A stretch of 42,609 nucleotides of DNA from Octopus bimaculoides (Eukaryota): assembly GCF_001194135.2 (NCBI RefSeq), contig NC_068987.1, positions 84,417,390 through 84,459,998 of the forward strand, read 5' to 3'. A model generated the notes under the pieces. The model saw only the letters and a list, made by a program, of their open reading frames with translations. It made no database searches and was not told the origin of the DNA. Shown here piece after piece: positions 10,391 to 24,566 of the stretch. Within the stretch, counting starts at the first letter, position 1, and each line of letters begins with the position of its first letter. The position numbers and the translations under genes are program-made.

Positions 10391-12075
10391 TATAAGTAAT
10401 CGAGTGAAATCCTGAATACCATATGATCCTACCAGACATCCTTTATGTAGGCGACTCGCCCAGCTTAGTATGCACTGTTTATACTGAACTAATATTTTCA
10501 TCAACTGAACTGCTTCGAGCTATCTCCCTTCATTGTTTTTAGATTTTTCAATACCCTTACAACGAGATATTTTCCTTACAAATTGCTTGGAGAAATTTAG
10601 TTCATGGAATTTTTTTTTAATTGACTAGAAGTTCATGTAGAAGAGCTTATCGTAGTAATATTTAAATGTGCAAAACACTCTCCTAATATACTTTTCCTTG
10701 TAGAGAAAATAAAACTTGAGATGGAAATATAAGTGCTTGATTTAATTCTGCTGAATATGTAACTGGTAAAAGCCACAGATGATGTCTTTCACATATATTC
10801 CAACGCACCATTGATAAGTTCTATTAGTTGCCATGAACAAAAAGCTTTATTCTAATGGTGGCATTTTTTAAAAAGTCACATCTTTATAGAACTCTACAAT
10901 ACCAATAAATACTCTGCACGCAAGAGAAAATTAACCAAACGGATACTAGTTACAATACTCGATCGAACCTTACCAGCGTTTCGAATTAATATGAATGAGT
11001 TTGTTTAATTTATACTTTAATCAAATCATTGTAACGTAAAAGTTACAACCACGCGTCGTCTTTCTTAATGATGTTACAGTACATTTTCTAAATATTTCAT
11101 TTCGATCCTTTCTAAATACAATATTATTATTCTGCGTTTTCAGCTTTCATGAATTGGTACTAAATTTCTTTAATGCAATTCAGCTCTGATTACAGAAATA
11201 AAATATTATTAAATCTTTAATCGGCATCGTTAGAGTATCAGGTGGATTATTAAACATAGGCTGCGGATAAGGAAACCAGTTGCTCTCTCTGTGTATCTGT
11301 AGAGAAATAAATAAAAAATTATATTGGTTCCTTAAATCAAAATAAGGCCTGGAATTTGTGATAGAGTCAAAACGATTGTGTGCAATTTGTAATTGTCCCG
11401 AGAGCATTCGGAGCATAAACAGAGTAAAAGAGCGCTAATGAGAAATGGGGATTTGGTTCCAGATTTGACACGACGAAATAAACTCCATAGCAACAGCAAT
11501 CATTACACAATATTGTTTAGTTGTATTTATTTTCAAGATCCTCGAATGATCACCTGATACTTTACTGATTTGATGCTAGATTAAGATCGAATAACATTTT
11601 AGTGGAATGAGATCCAAATTCCATAAATGGAATTTAGTACCCATTCTTGAAATTCGAAAACACTGATTAATAATTGCATTTGGTTTTTTTATGGAAAACA
11701 ATGAAATATATTTTTATGGAAATTCAAATGAAAAATGTTTCAATGGATAATTCCATACAGATACTAAATTCTTTAACTATTATGTTGTCATGAGAGTTAA
11801 GTAAATAAAATTATTCTATTTTTACTTTTCAATTTAGCAGCATGCTATATCTGGCAATCTTTATACCGTAAACAGAATATTGAACTGGTTGGTACACTGT
11901 ATTTCGTATGCATTCCTCTCAGTTTAAATTTTACTTCAGGAGGTTGAGAGCTTTTCTTATATACAAAAGAAAATGCACCAGTGTAATTGTCATTAAGTCT
12001 CGAATGAAACCTGTTCGAGGAAAAACTTGATCAAAAGTATCTCAAGTTGGTGAATTAATTTTTGTAGATTTGTTA

Positions 12076-12485
12076 GACGTGGCTGTTTGGCAAGAAACTT
12101 GCTTCAGAGCGATATGGTTCCTGGTTCAGTCCCATTGCGTGGCAACTTTGCGTGGCAACTTTGCGTGGCACTGTAGTCTTGCTCCGGCCAAAGCGTTTTG
12201 AGTGGATTAGGTAGAAGAAACTGAAAGAAGCCTATCGTACATACACATATATCCACATGTGTCTTTGCATCTGTGTTCCCCCCACCACCACCACGCCACA
12301 GCTTGACGGTCGGTGTTGGCTTGTTTATGTCTGCATAATTTAGCAGTTCGTCAAAAGTGACAGATACATCAAGTACCAGACTTAAAAGAATAAGCAGTGG
12401 AATCGATTTATTCGGTTAAAATTTCTTCAAGGCGGTGCTTCAGCATGACCGCAGTTCAATAACCGAGACAAGTAAAATAAAAAAA
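12076..12485 (+). mobile_element. tRNA-derived SINE, family B, near full length
   Basis: gtggctgtttggcaagaa...ggttcagtcccattgcgtggca...gagtggattaggtagaagaaactgaaagaagcc...ggcggtgcttcagcatgaccgcag...A-rich tail. Confidence 0.88.
12135..12170 (+). repeat. 13-bp tandem repeat x2.8 inside the SINE
   Basis: ttgcgtggcaact ttgcgtggcaact ttgcgtggca. Confidence 0.95.
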
Positions 12486-14155
12486 ACATAATGTATAGTT
12501 ACTATTTTAAAACCCTATCTTGTGATTTAACGCATATTTGGCTACTATTTCAAACAGAGTAAACTCGTATGCAGAATCTCCATCGCAGTCTTAGATAAAC
12601 TGCGTGAGTAAAGGATATCCATGTGCTTAGTCAAACGAAGGCAATTATAGCAACACCAAACCACGTAGAATAACGATGAATACTTGGTGAGCTTGTCTGC
12701 TTCGCAATTTCAATTCTTTTGTACATGTATTTCAATTTCTTTTTATAGGCAGGTCATTTATGTATCTTTTTCAATTGATTTACGTCGTTAATACTCTTAG
12801 TAAAAGCCTGGAAGTTAGAGTTAGAAAACTCTGTTTCTGTCATGTCATGCTTGTAATAGGCTCTGAGATTTGTACTTATGCAAGAAATCCATATTTTCCT
12901 ACCTTTTGTGAATCACTGCATAACTAAAGGGTATTGTTGATAATTCGGTTTTCATCGAGAAAAGGATGGATGGAAGAAATAATTTAAACGACGGAATGAA
13001 TGCATAACAAATAAGAATTGAAATTCTTTGCTGGTGAGTCAAGCACTTGAAGCGCACCTGTGAGGCGGCAGAACGAGTTAAGAAAGATTTACACTTGACA
13101 ACTAATTATAGGATAGAACCATCTTCAATCTTGTAAACACAAAACTGAAACCCTTAACTTGATATAAACTAAACTGAAGCCATTACATCCAATATCCATC
13201 AATATGTCTGCTTCGTTACTTTCCGTGCGTCTTGCATTTCGTCTGAAATGTGATTACTTTTACGATCTATGACAAGTCTTGGATGAATTAAACCATTGCT
13301 TCACGTTGCAGTATCATAACACTTAGGAGGTGAACACTTGGTTATATTGAATTAGTGGCCTAGTCAGAACAGAAACAAAACGTTATAAACGTTATACAGG
13401 TGAATACATTGCTGCATGAGGCATCGAGTTATATCATAGAGTGAATATTAATGAAAGATTTGCGTCAGTTACGACGCACTGTGTCAAGATAAGCGATGCG
13501 CAAATATTTGTTAATTTAAAACCTTATTGGACATTTCATTGTTAGGAGGGAAACTAAATGATCAAAGTTGTTATAGCCTAAAGGTTTATTCTTCGATCCT
13601 GTCGAATTTATAATATGAACACTGCTTCTTTTCTGTAACTCACAAAATAGTTCACGTTAGTGTCAAACAATTTTTGGAAAACATATCTATATGAACAGGA
13701 CCGATTTTAGGAAATTTATAGACAAATACATAAACACAAGTATACGTTAAGTACGCATGCACACACACAAGTCTATGTGTTTATGTACACACACCCAGTC
13801 ACATAAATACCTACAGAGATGCACACATATATGTATTACATGCAAACATACACTCAAGCAAACGCGTATACATACACGTGGCATATATATAAAATTTAAA
13901 TAATGTCTATGCACTTATATGTTGGCGTATACATCACCACACATGCACACTCATTCACACGAACACGCATACACACATATATACATTCAGGCATACACAA
14001 CGTATATGTGATATACGTTAATATATGTAAAGACACACACAGACATGCACATATATATGTATGTATATATATAAATAAATACATATACATATATATGCAT
14101 GTATATATATGTATCTATCTATCTATCTATCTATCTATATATCTATATATCTATA

Positions 14156-14196
<41 letters not shown>

Positions 14197-14373
14197 NNNN
14201 NNNNNNNNNNNNNNNNNNNNNNNNNNNNNNNNNNNNNNNNNNNNNNNNNNNNNNNNNNNNNNNNNNNNNNNNNNNNNNNNNNNNNNNNNNNNNNNNNNNN
14301 NNNNNNNNNNNNNNNNNNNNNNNNNNNNNNNNNNNNNNNNNNNNNNNNNNNNNNNNNNNNNNNNNNNNNNNNN
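14197..14373. other. Assembly gap (first of seven; others at 15312-15799, 22038-22600, 23967-24313, 27660-28040, 33224-33640, 40903-41578)
   Basis: N runs. All seven begin directly after TA dinucleotide repeats, consistent with assembly breaks at (TA)n. Confidence 0.99.
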
Positions 14374-15799
14374 ATATATATATATATATATATATATATA
14401 GTCAGAACGATTATTGGCGCTCAGTTTTCGCATGAATAAAACTTGCTTCATTACAAAATGTAGTGGATGGAAAGAAAAGCAACATCAAGTTAAAGATACG
14501 GAGAAAAATGGTTATACAAGAAAAACAGACATTCACTTACCATATTTATTCCCAAACGCATCGGCACACACATACACACACTCACAAACACGCACAAGCA
14601 CACAGACACACACACAAACGCACACAAACACACACATACACAGGTGGATACGCATTCAGACACAATTTTTCACATAAAAAAGTGTATATATTTAAATACA
14701 GAGAGTCTATAGATAAAACTGTAACATACACACGTACTCAAATGCACGCACACACGCAAACACATATACACACAAACACACACAGAGATTCGTGCACGCG
14801 CACTTTTATCTGCAACGAATTTGTTACCATCCATATATGCAATAACTGAGGAAGAATATGAAATTTCGCGAACGTAATAAAAGCTTTCAGGTTTATCGAA
14901 AAACTGGGTGAAATTTGGTTGGAATTCATTTAAAATTGCTACGAGTATTTGCTTTCTTTTAGCGTGTGATATAGATTCCGTTGCTGTTCAAAATATTTAA
15001 TATTTCATCATTAACAGTTTGAAATCAAAATATTTTATGTCTTTATTCTGATGGTTAAGATATATTGCAATACATGTATCTCTAGGTTGCAGTAGAAAAT
15101 GATAGAATACGTGCATGAAAGAGATAAGGCTAAAATATATATGTATGATTCAAATATAGAAATATATGTCACAAATACACAGTTAGGCTGACGACAAATA
15201 TTCATATACATGCGTGCATGCACAAGTGCATAAATACGTATACACTTATGTATGTAGCCACGTGAACGTGAGTATGAGTGGGGTCATGATATATATATAT
15301 ATATATATATANNNNNNNNNNNNNNNNNNNNNNNNNNNNNNNNNNNNNNNNNNNNNNNNNNNNNNNNNNNNNNNNNNNNNNNNNNNNNNNNNNNNNNNNN
15401 NNNNNNNNNNNNNNNNNNNNNNNNNNNNNNNNNNNNNNNNNNNNNNNNNNNNNNNNNNNNNNNNNNNNNNNNNNNNNNNNNNNNNNNNNNNNNNNNNNNN
15501 NNNNNNNNNNNNNNNNNNNNNNNNNNNNNNNNNNNNNNNNNNNNNNNNNNNNNNNNNNNNNNNNNNNNNNNNNNNNNNNNNNNNNNNNNNNNNNNNNNNN
15601 NNNNNNNNNNNNNNNNNNNNNNNNNNNNNNNNNNNNNNNNNNNNNNNNNNNNNNNNNNNNNNNNNNNNNNNNNNNNNNNNNNNNNNNNNNNNNNNNNNNN
15701 NNNNNNNNNNNNNNNNNNNNNNNNNNNNNNNNNNNNNNNNNNNNNNNNNNNNNNNNNNNNNNNNNNNNNNNNNNNNNNNNNNNNNNNNNNNNNNNNNNN

Positions 15800-16231
15800 A
15801 GCTTGTTTCAAATGCTCTAATTGCTGACAGTAGACTTGAGCATTGATTGTTGCATTAGGTGGTAACAATTCAAAGTGAATTACTCCTTTGCAATCCTACC
15901 TGATAGAGAGAACTTTTTCCTCATGAAGTTCCTTTCTCAGTTGTGATTGAGCCTTTTCCCTTTTACCAAACCACTGTTTACAACGTTTAACATTTCGATT
16001 AAAGATCCCTTTTTCGTCACCAGTTACAAGTCTATCCAAAAAGGGTGAAATGAGTTCGCAAGAATGGAGAGAAGAGCAGATATCAACTCGGTATTTGCGG
16101 TTGCTTTCAGACAATTCATGAGGCACCAATTTTCCAAGTTTAGGAACCTTTGCAAGTTGACGATAACGAGATAACAATGAACAGTTTTATGGTTTGAACT
16201 AAGCTTTATTGCCAATTCTTCAACTGATATT
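15800..16231 (-). mobile_element. Mariner (D,D34D-type) transposase remnant
   Basis: ELAIKLSSNHKTVH, KVPKLGKLVPHELSE, FLDRLVTGDEK, GVIHFELLPPNATINAQVYCQQLEHLKQA. Frameshifted, and cut by the gap and by a SINE-like repeat. Confidence 0.92.
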
Positions 16232-16395
16232 CAAGGATATTTGGGGGGCAAAGGCAGCAATTTCAAAGAGAGTGTAAATCAGTCATATCTACCCCAGTTC
16301 TAAGCTGGTAATTATTATATCGACCCCGAAATGATGCTATGCCTTTTGCTCGGCGTTCGAATAATTCTGTCAGCTTACCGCTTTATTAGGAACTT
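16228..16395 (-). mobile_element. SINE family A variant with internal deletion (copy 1)
   Basis: Family A body and head are present, but the ggcggaatttgaactc (B-box) segment is missing. Colinear with 17822-17986. Confidence 0.7.
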
Positions 16396-16469
16396 TAAAT
16401 AAGTAATATTTATCTCTCACCTGATGTAGTATATTTTTTGTTGAATCTTCTGTCACGGATCAGTACATT

Positions 16470-16500
<31 letters not shown>

Positions 16501-17261
16501 GATACAAATATACTTACATATGATAAGATATAATATAGGCAGTGGATAATGAATGCGACTTGATAAGAAGTTCGCTTCACTACCCCGCGGTCTAAGTGCT
16601 CAATCCCATTTCATAGCATCAATGGCAAATAACATCTTCGTACCGGTAATACACATGATACAAATCTTTTCAGATCATGCCAGACATATCCTGCCATATA
16701 AAGCCTCAAATGCACTCATATGTGTGACATCTTCATCCCTTTACACTTTATTAGAAGAGCAGTATACTTAGTTCACCAGACCACAGAATCCTCATCGCCA
16801 GGAGACAATGGGCGGTTACGATTATACATACGTGCACACATGCACACGCCCAGGCCTCCCCTCCCCACACACGCACCTCACACATTTGAACACACACGCA
16901 GACAAAGTACACATGCACACATACACGCACAAACATAACGTACACACACGTACACTTTCTTCCAAACTGCACCGTTATTCAATCCTAAGTTCCTGCCACG
17001 GACCGCGGGAAAAAGTGTATGTCGCATCACAAACAGCCTAATGAATGTCTTGGGCACATGTCGAAATGTATAAAATACCGAAAAATTCGGCTTAATGTTT
17101 TATATCCTGCTACAAACATAGATTTAAACTTCAGAGAATGCATTAACATTTTAAGTGATCCGAATATTAAATAAATACCCTTGACATTTTTATATGAAAA
17201 TACAGAACTATTTTTTAAATTTACATTTATTGTATATGTAATATTCGTACTTAAATATATT

Positions 17262-17352
17262 TTTCTATAATTTATTTATATTTTTTCTTGTGCTTCTATA
17301 ATCTATCTATATTTTTCTTGTGTTTCTATAATTTATTTATATTTTTCTTGTG
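17262..17352 (+). repeat. About 30-bp minisatellite x3
   Basis: Unit (t/c)ttctataat(t/c)tat(t/c)tatatttttcttgtg at 17262, 17293 and 17323. Confidence 0.92.
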
Positions 17353-17821
17353 TAGCTTGTGTATCCATTTTCAAACTTCCTCTCGCATACCATGTCAAAT
17401 TTTGGCTCTTCAGTTTTAAACTATTAGAGCTTCAAGGCTTCCAATCATTGCATTAGTCATACTTTCATCGATAAAATAGAGACGTCAGATGTATTATATA
17501 ATTATCAATAAAAATCGATCTGGCTAGTGTTGATGTGCTTAGACCGAATGGATTACCCTCTCTCTCTCTCTCCAACGCTTTTATTTGTTCTTTCGGTTTG
17601 TGCTATCACTGAGCAACTGTATTCATTTGTTGCTTGAATTAACAATAAAAGCACCGGGACTATGAAAAGACTTGTGTGCGGTAATTGTATTTGTGAAAAC
17701 CGTGTGGGATCCATGGAAGGTATTTACAAACACATTATGATTTTTTTTCCCACCGCTCTGGAACTGGGAAATTTCTTTGCAGACAAGCTATGAGAGATTT
17801 AATTTTATAACATGCAAGAAC

Positions 17822-17986
17822 TATTCAAGGATATTTTGGGGGTAAAGCCAGCAATTTCAAAGTGGGTGTAAGTCAATCATATCGACCACAGTGCTAAGCT
17901 GGTACTTATATCGACTCCGAATTGACGCTATGAATTTTGCTCGGCGTTCGAATGATTCTGCCGGCTTACCGTTTTAGTGGGAACTT
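17822..17986 (-). mobile_element. SINE family A variant with internal deletion (copy 2)
   Basis: Same structure and same flanks (tattcaaggatatt ... ggaactt) as 16228-16395. Confidence 0.7.
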
Positions 17987-19079
17987 GTTTCGTCTAGTTA
18001 TCGAGGTATTGCAGAATACAGCTCGGTTTAACCAAATGTATACTCCTTGTATACAGTAATATTGAAAAAAAATATTTTTTTTAATCGTAACAATATTAAT
18101 ACATTTAAGAAATCTGAATGAAAAGAGAAAATATTTCGATAGTATTTATCGCCTGGTTTTAAGAGAGCAACAAAAAATATGTTTAAAATCAAACTTGAAG
18201 AAACTAAATCAATAAATCACAGCAAAGACGTTATTTTTTTGTCCTACGAAATTTGCAAAATCATTAAAATCTATTAAATAGAATTTTGCACCTAACGGGC
18301 AGCAGTTTTCAAAGCAAATATGCTCTCAAAAGCTCTCTTAGGGATTTTCTTTTATAACATGTTTTTTAATATATATTTTATTTCATGAAAAAAATTGGTA
18401 AAACTTCTTTTTTTGTTTTGTCCAATATTTAAGACATGAATGAAAAATGGTGCAATGAAATATGAAGATATGTCACTCACATCTGAAGGCATAAAAGCTA
18501 TGCAAAATATTAATAAAATCAAACAGCGATTTATGAATAAAAGGAAATCGAATTGGTGAAATATATTTGGAATTTTGTCAGGTGAGCGAATAGTCACGCA
18601 TATGTAAGTGTATTTAAGGAGTGAGGTTTATAAATATTTTTTTTGGTTTTCAATTTAAGAAAGAAAAAAACCGATTATTTATTCCTAGCATCTCAAATAG
18701 TGTGACATATATTCATAGAAAATTGAAGAGAGATGTTTATAGTAATAGACGTTAAGTAAAAATATCTTTCTGATAACAAGTGACCCATTCAAACGAGGTG
18801 TATGTGGTAAATAATGGAAATGGCACTTCAACAGATCATTCAAATGTATTGATTAAGATTTTTTTTTATTCGAAAGAATGTGATAAAATTAATATTTGAC
18901 TATGCACGAATTCAAAGAAAATGAATCTTCTTTCAGATTTGGAAATGAGTATTTCACTTTTTCGATCAACTAAAACGTGTACTAACTGAATTTTAATGTA
19001 CGTGGCTGATTATTTCCTAAACAATTGTATCTTTACTGCATAGATAAACAGAATCAGAGTGATGGATTGCCAAGAGGCT

Positions 19080-19170
19080 CGATATCTGAATAAAAAGGTA
19101 CAGTCCATCCGACGACTTTCCGATCGGTTTTCAAACCAACCGATTTCAACGAAGTTAAAGTTCATGTACT
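19080..19170 (-). mobile_element. Possible 3' fragment of a Helitron-like non-autonomous element
   Basis: Minus strand ...cttcgttgaaatcggttgg...ggatggac...cttttattcagata resembles the 3' block at 31780-31930 and lies next to a (TAGA)n tract. Confidence 0.35.
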
Positions 19171-19196
19171 TCACTCTTTCTTTTTTCTCTCTCTGC

Positions 19197-19248
<52 letters not shown>

Positions 19249-19904
19249 GTATGTATGTATGTATATATATATGTCTGCATGGACATAAAGAGAGAGAGAA
19301 AGAGAGGGTGAGAGAGAGAGAGAGAGAGAGGGAAAGAGAGAGAGACAGAGTGAGAGATAAAGAGAGACAGAAACAGAGAGAGACGTCTATGTATCATAAT
19401 AATGTATACAGATTGTCAATAGGCCAGATAATGCAATTTTTCTCCGGAGATAATATCTCTTATGCATTTGTATTAAGGCCACAGAATGTAAGAGAGAGGA
19501 AAATTCGTCTCAGGAGCGGACAACGAAAGCATCAGATGCATTTCTGTCTTTTTGTGCGTTTCGGCAGCGTGAATATGTTATGATACATAAATGGCTACTT
19601 TAATAGATACTGTCTCAAATATACACAACGGACATTTATTCACTTTTCCCTTTATCAAATACAAAATATTCTTGTCCAAGCATGTGACTTGCTGTCGGTG
19701 CACACATTTCAGAGGGTCTGAGACAACCGAAATACAGCTGCTTTTTGCGCGAAGCTTTGACAGTTCAGTAAATTCACTGGAATGTAGATATTTGTTCCCG
19801 TTTTGGTTAATATGATTAATATGATTAAACGTTAGTAAAATTTTATCTCCAAATGTGAAGAACAAATAACGCAATACATTTTGTGCGATGCCTTTTTTGA
19901 CTGC

Positions 19905-21270
19905 AGAATCCCACAGGGCCTTATTACATCGTCTTTTTTTATATTGATGTAATCAATCATCACTGTCTCTGTTTTTATATCTGAAGCGGTAAAAAAGAGT
20001 TAGCTGGATTGCTGACCTTCAAGTGTCCTAGGGGTGGAGTGAAAACTCTTTCGAATTGCTCATTTAGTATTTCACTTATTTTCATTGGGTTTCTGTGAAT
20101 GAACCATATTTTTCGAGGAGTGGCCCTACCAATCAGTACATTCAGGCTGTTTCTTTGGCAAACTTGTAGAAGGCTCTGAGATTAGATTTTATATTGTCTA
20201 TAGCCCAGGCTTCTTTGTCTGCTCTTTTTTTTTCATGGGGGAGTTGCAGATTTTTTCAATCTCCAGCAGTTCAATCTCCAGGCTGGATTTTTCACTGGTT
20301 TCTATTTGATTTTTAAAGCGATTTGAAATTTTCATACGTCGTCTCATAAGAATTTTCATCTCCTTGAAGATTTTGTTCTTGGGTACAGTGGCCTTTCTCT
20401 CCGGGACATTTGTAGCATATGGCTGCATTAAAGACATGAATTGTTGAAGTTTCATATCGATGTCGGGTGAGGAGAGACATTTAAGCCAGTTTTGTTTGAA
20501 GATCTCATTCTCAATTTGTTTCCATTTTGCCCTATGGAAGTTCAAACTGGAAAGATTTTGAGAGTTTCTAGTAGGCTGCATGTCCATGGCTTCCTTTGGT
20601 CTGTACATGGTCAGCTCTTCCATGATGTGATCCGAGAGTAGCGTCGGCGTCACTTTCAAATTATGGATGAGAACCATATTATTTGTAAAGCAGAGATCCA
20701 GTATATTACCTGCGCTGATTGGTTGTAGTTCTATTTGTTCCATGTACAGAATGTTGATGAGGTTCAGGAGGTACTTCACCTGTCCTTGTTCGCATCGCAC
20801 CATTTCTGGGAGAGAAAAACCCTCAGGCCATCCGACATTGGACAGATTGAAGTCTCCCATAAGTACACTTATGTGTTGTTCTAATGTAATTCGAATTTCT
20901 ATTTTTGTAAGGCAGTCTTCAAACATGTCTGCATTATTCGAAGCATCTAGAGGGCGATAAGTGGTACATATAACTATATCGAGTTATCCTATATGTACAA
21001 TTAGTGCGTCACATACTAAATTTCAGTGTGACAAAAGGACCTGGGCTGTGAAGTTTTCGGAGATGTACATAGCAACCCCACCATGACACCTTTCTTTTCT
21101 GTCGGACTGCAAAACAACATAATGTTCTATGTGTATTTCTACATTTGCTGCATATCGTTTCAGGTGTTTTCTCGTAAGTGCTATGCATCGGGCTTGATTG
21201 CATGCAACAAGTTCTAACAGGAAAGGAATTTTTGTCCTGTTACTAAGTGTTAACATTCCTCTGATGGGTA
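19905..21270 (-). mobile_element. Degenerate CR1/L2-like LINE: AP endonuclease plus tether
   Basis: IRGMLTLSNRTK..CIAL, DRKERCHGGVAMYI, TYRPS, VLMGDFNLSNVGW, NILDLCFTNN, LLSDH; then IKSNLRAFYKFAK, VGPL, ISEILNEQFERVFT. Includes ORFs 20198..20926 and 21023..21394. Confidence 0.9.
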
Positions 21271-21273
21271 TAG

Positions 21274-21320
<47 letters not shown>

Positions 21321-23594
21321 TATACATACATGTTTTGTTTGTGACTGCTCGTATGTGTATCTGTTTGTGGATGGGTGTCTATATATATCTGCATATGTCT
21401 GTATCTCTATGCGAATATACATTTGCGTATAAGCAATTCGTGTAAATAACACAAAGTGAGAAAATAGAATGAAGTAGGAACAAGCAAAACAAAGCATAAA
21501 TAAAGAGATAAATAATTGCATTTTTTTTTCTTCACAAGGAAATGCAACTTGTGTTTCTCAACCAGTCCCAGAATCATGCAAATATTTCTTTGCAGGAATA
21601 AACATTCACGAATGGGATTATGCAGAGAGATGTTGCGTGGAGAATGTCATGAGTGTTGAGTAAAAATGATTAATTGCAGCGGGATTTTAGCGGTGCCAAC
21701 GAAGTGATAAATCATGATGTTTTCCTTCTATTAATCTTCATTGGATTATGCCAATAATAATGGTATGTTATCCTTAGTAAAAAGTATTGATTATAGCGAA
21801 AATAAAAATCCGCAATTAATCAATCTTGCGTTACAACTTTACTCAAAACAATCCTCAAACCACCTTTTGCACGAAATGAACATTTCCATAGCTTGTTATG
21901 CTCTATGTTCTAAAGTACAGAAGTACAGGCATAATTATGCATCTGTCTATGCTCATTCTGAATTTTCTTCTTTCTCTCCCACCCTCTCTCTGTCTCACTC
22001 CCTTAATATATATATGTGTATATATATATATATATATNNNNNNNNNNNNNNNNNNNNNNNNNNNNNNNNNNNNNNNNNNNNNNNNNNNNNNNNNNNNNNN
22101 NNNNNNNNNNNNNNNNNNNNNNNNNNNNNNNNNNNNNNNNNNNNNNNNNNNNNNNNNNNNNNNNNNNNNNNNNNNNNNNNNNNNNNNNNNNNNNNNNNNN
22201 NNNNNNNNNNNNNNNNNNNNNNNNNNNNNNNNNNNNNNNNNNNNNNNNNNNNNNNNNNNNNNNNNNNNNNNNNNNNNNNNNNNNNNNNNNNNNNNNNNNN
22301 NNNNNNNNNNNNNNNNNNNNNNNNNNNNNNNNNNNNNNNNNNNNNNNNNNNNNNNNNNNNNNNNNNNNNNNNNNNNNNNNNNNNNNNNNNNNNNNNNNNN
22401 NNNNNNNNNNNNNNNNNNNNNNNNNNNNNNNNNNNNNNNNNNNNNNNNNNNNNNNNNNNNNNNNNNNNNNNNNNNNNNNNNNNNNNNNNNNNNNNNNNNN
22501 NNNNNNNNNNNNNNNNNNNNNNNNNNNNNNNNNNNNNNNNNNNNNNNNNNNNNNNNNNNNNNNNNNNNNNNNNNNNNNNNNNNNNNNNNNNNNNNNNNNN
22601 TATATATATACGCAGATTGACATATATACATAAACATAAATGTGTGTGTATAAGTGCATACATATACAGATATATATCTATGTATGTATTAAGCGTATGT
22701 GTGTGGAAATGTTGGTATTTATAACTAATTGATAGGCAGTAAATAGCTGTTAACATATACATGTTTTTTTCTCAAAAGTCATTGTGTTTATGAATGAATG
22801 TGCGTGTCCGTGTGTGTGTGTATGCATGCGTGTATGTGTTTGTATCTGTGAGTGTGTATTTATTCATAGACAGAAGATTACTTGCTCTTTTGTTATATTC
22901 TAAAAGTGGCCGTGTAATTTTTCAACCATTTTTCTTTCGGTATGAAAGCGGTTTAAAAAGAGAACGAGAAAAGTAAAATTCATCACGATTTGCATTAGAG
23001 AGTAACTGACGGTGACCTGTAACTATACTGAAAATATGTACGCAACAACAAGCGTACAACAACTGGGGGAATTTGTTTTCACTTGCCTTCACAAGATTAA
23101 CTCTCCTATTGTGGACAGTCTTGATGCATGATGAAGGTTACATATAGAAATACTTATCTGTCCTACAGGTGATGCCGTACGCCATTTAAAATAAGCTTTT
23201 ACGTATTTCGTATTTGGATTTGTTTTGCAAGATTCTTTATGTGAGTTCGTGAGTTGAAGCATATTTTTCTAAAATTTTCGTTGCGTCCTGCAAACTTTTC
23301 AGTAAGTATTGAAAAGGTTTCAAGACGCAATGAAAATTTAGGCAAAACAACTAAGTACATGAGTGGAAACTTTACCGGAATATGTCTTAAATAATAAGGC
23401 ACTAAAAGAGAATGACTCTCCCTAGATATAACAGAACTTTTACGTATTATTTTTTAAAAACTCTGATTTGTACGATCCGATACTGAAGTCCTTATGGATG
23501 TTATATTTAGAAGTCTGATTGAAATCGCATGTGCATCGAAGTAGAACATTTATAAAGCTACAATGGAAAATTCTCCTTCATCTGTTATCGTTTT

Positions 23595-23920
23595 TCTTCT
23601 ACTTGTTCGAGTCATTAGATTGCGGCCAGGCTGTACGTATTCTCTTAAGCCTGGTACTTATCATATCGCAACCTTTGGCTGAACCGCTAAGTTACGGGGG
23701 CGTAAATACACACCAACATCGGTTGTCAAGTGATGGTGGATTGGGTCAAACACAGACACACATACATATATACGACGGGCTTCTTTCACTTTCCGTCTAC
23801 TAAATCCACTCACAAGTCTATAGTAGAAGACACATTTGTCTAAGATGCCACGCAGTGGGACGGAACCCAGAACCATGTCTTTGAGAAGCGAGCTTCTTAC
23901 CACACAGCCACGTCTGCGCC
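23595..23920 (-). mobile_element. tRNA-derived SINE, family B
   Basis: Reverse complement reads ggcgcagacgtggctgtgtggtaagaagctcgc...ggttccgtcccactgcgtggcatc...gagtggatttagtagacggaaagtgaaagaagcccgtcg...cccgtaacttagcggttcagc. Confidence 0.9.
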
Positions 23921-23931
23921 TACACATATAT

Positions 23932-23966
<35 letters not shown>

Positions 23967-24566
23967 NNNNNNNNNNNNNNNNNNNNNNNNNNNNNNNNNN
24001 NNNNNNNNNNNNNNNNNNNNNNNNNNNNNNNNNNNNNNNNNNNNNNNNNNNNNNNNNNNNNNNNNNNNNNNNNNNNNNNNNNNNNNNNNNNNNNNNNNNN
24101 NNNNNNNNNNNNNNNNNNNNNNNNNNNNNNNNNNNNNNNNNNNNNNNNNNNNNNNNNNNNNNNNNNNNNNNNNNNNNNNNNNNNNNNNNNNNNNNNNNNN
24201 NNNNNNNNNNNNNNNNNNNNNNNNNNNNNNNNNNNNNNNNNNNNNNNNNNNNNNNNNNNNNNNNNNNNNNNNNNNNNNNNNNNNNNNNNNNNNNNNNNNN
24301 NNNNNNNNNNNNNAAAATTAATAATTAACAATTTTGCCGGGTAGCTCAGTATGAAAAAACCTTATCGGTAAAACCATTTATAATCACAAATATATAGGGA
24401 TTAGCAGTATCCTGCTTCTCCAACATACTGAGAATTCAGAAATAGCAGCCAAAGAACTACTGATTCCAAAACTACAAATTTTTCTCTAAATTGAAAGCGA
24501 TATTTATGGTACACACAGAACAAAAAACAGAAGAGAATAGTAAAAAAACAAACTTGCCTTTAGTTA

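Noticed and set aside
18540-18586. KEIELVKYIWNFV before a strong CAG|GTGAGC donor (globin A-helix-like)
   Set aside because: There is an in-frame stop immediately upstream, no acceptor, and the intron position does not fit globins.
21596-21659. Candidate exon after strong acceptor tttctttgcag (GINIHEWDYAERCC...)
   Set aside because: Weak donor, no homology recognised and no partner exons.
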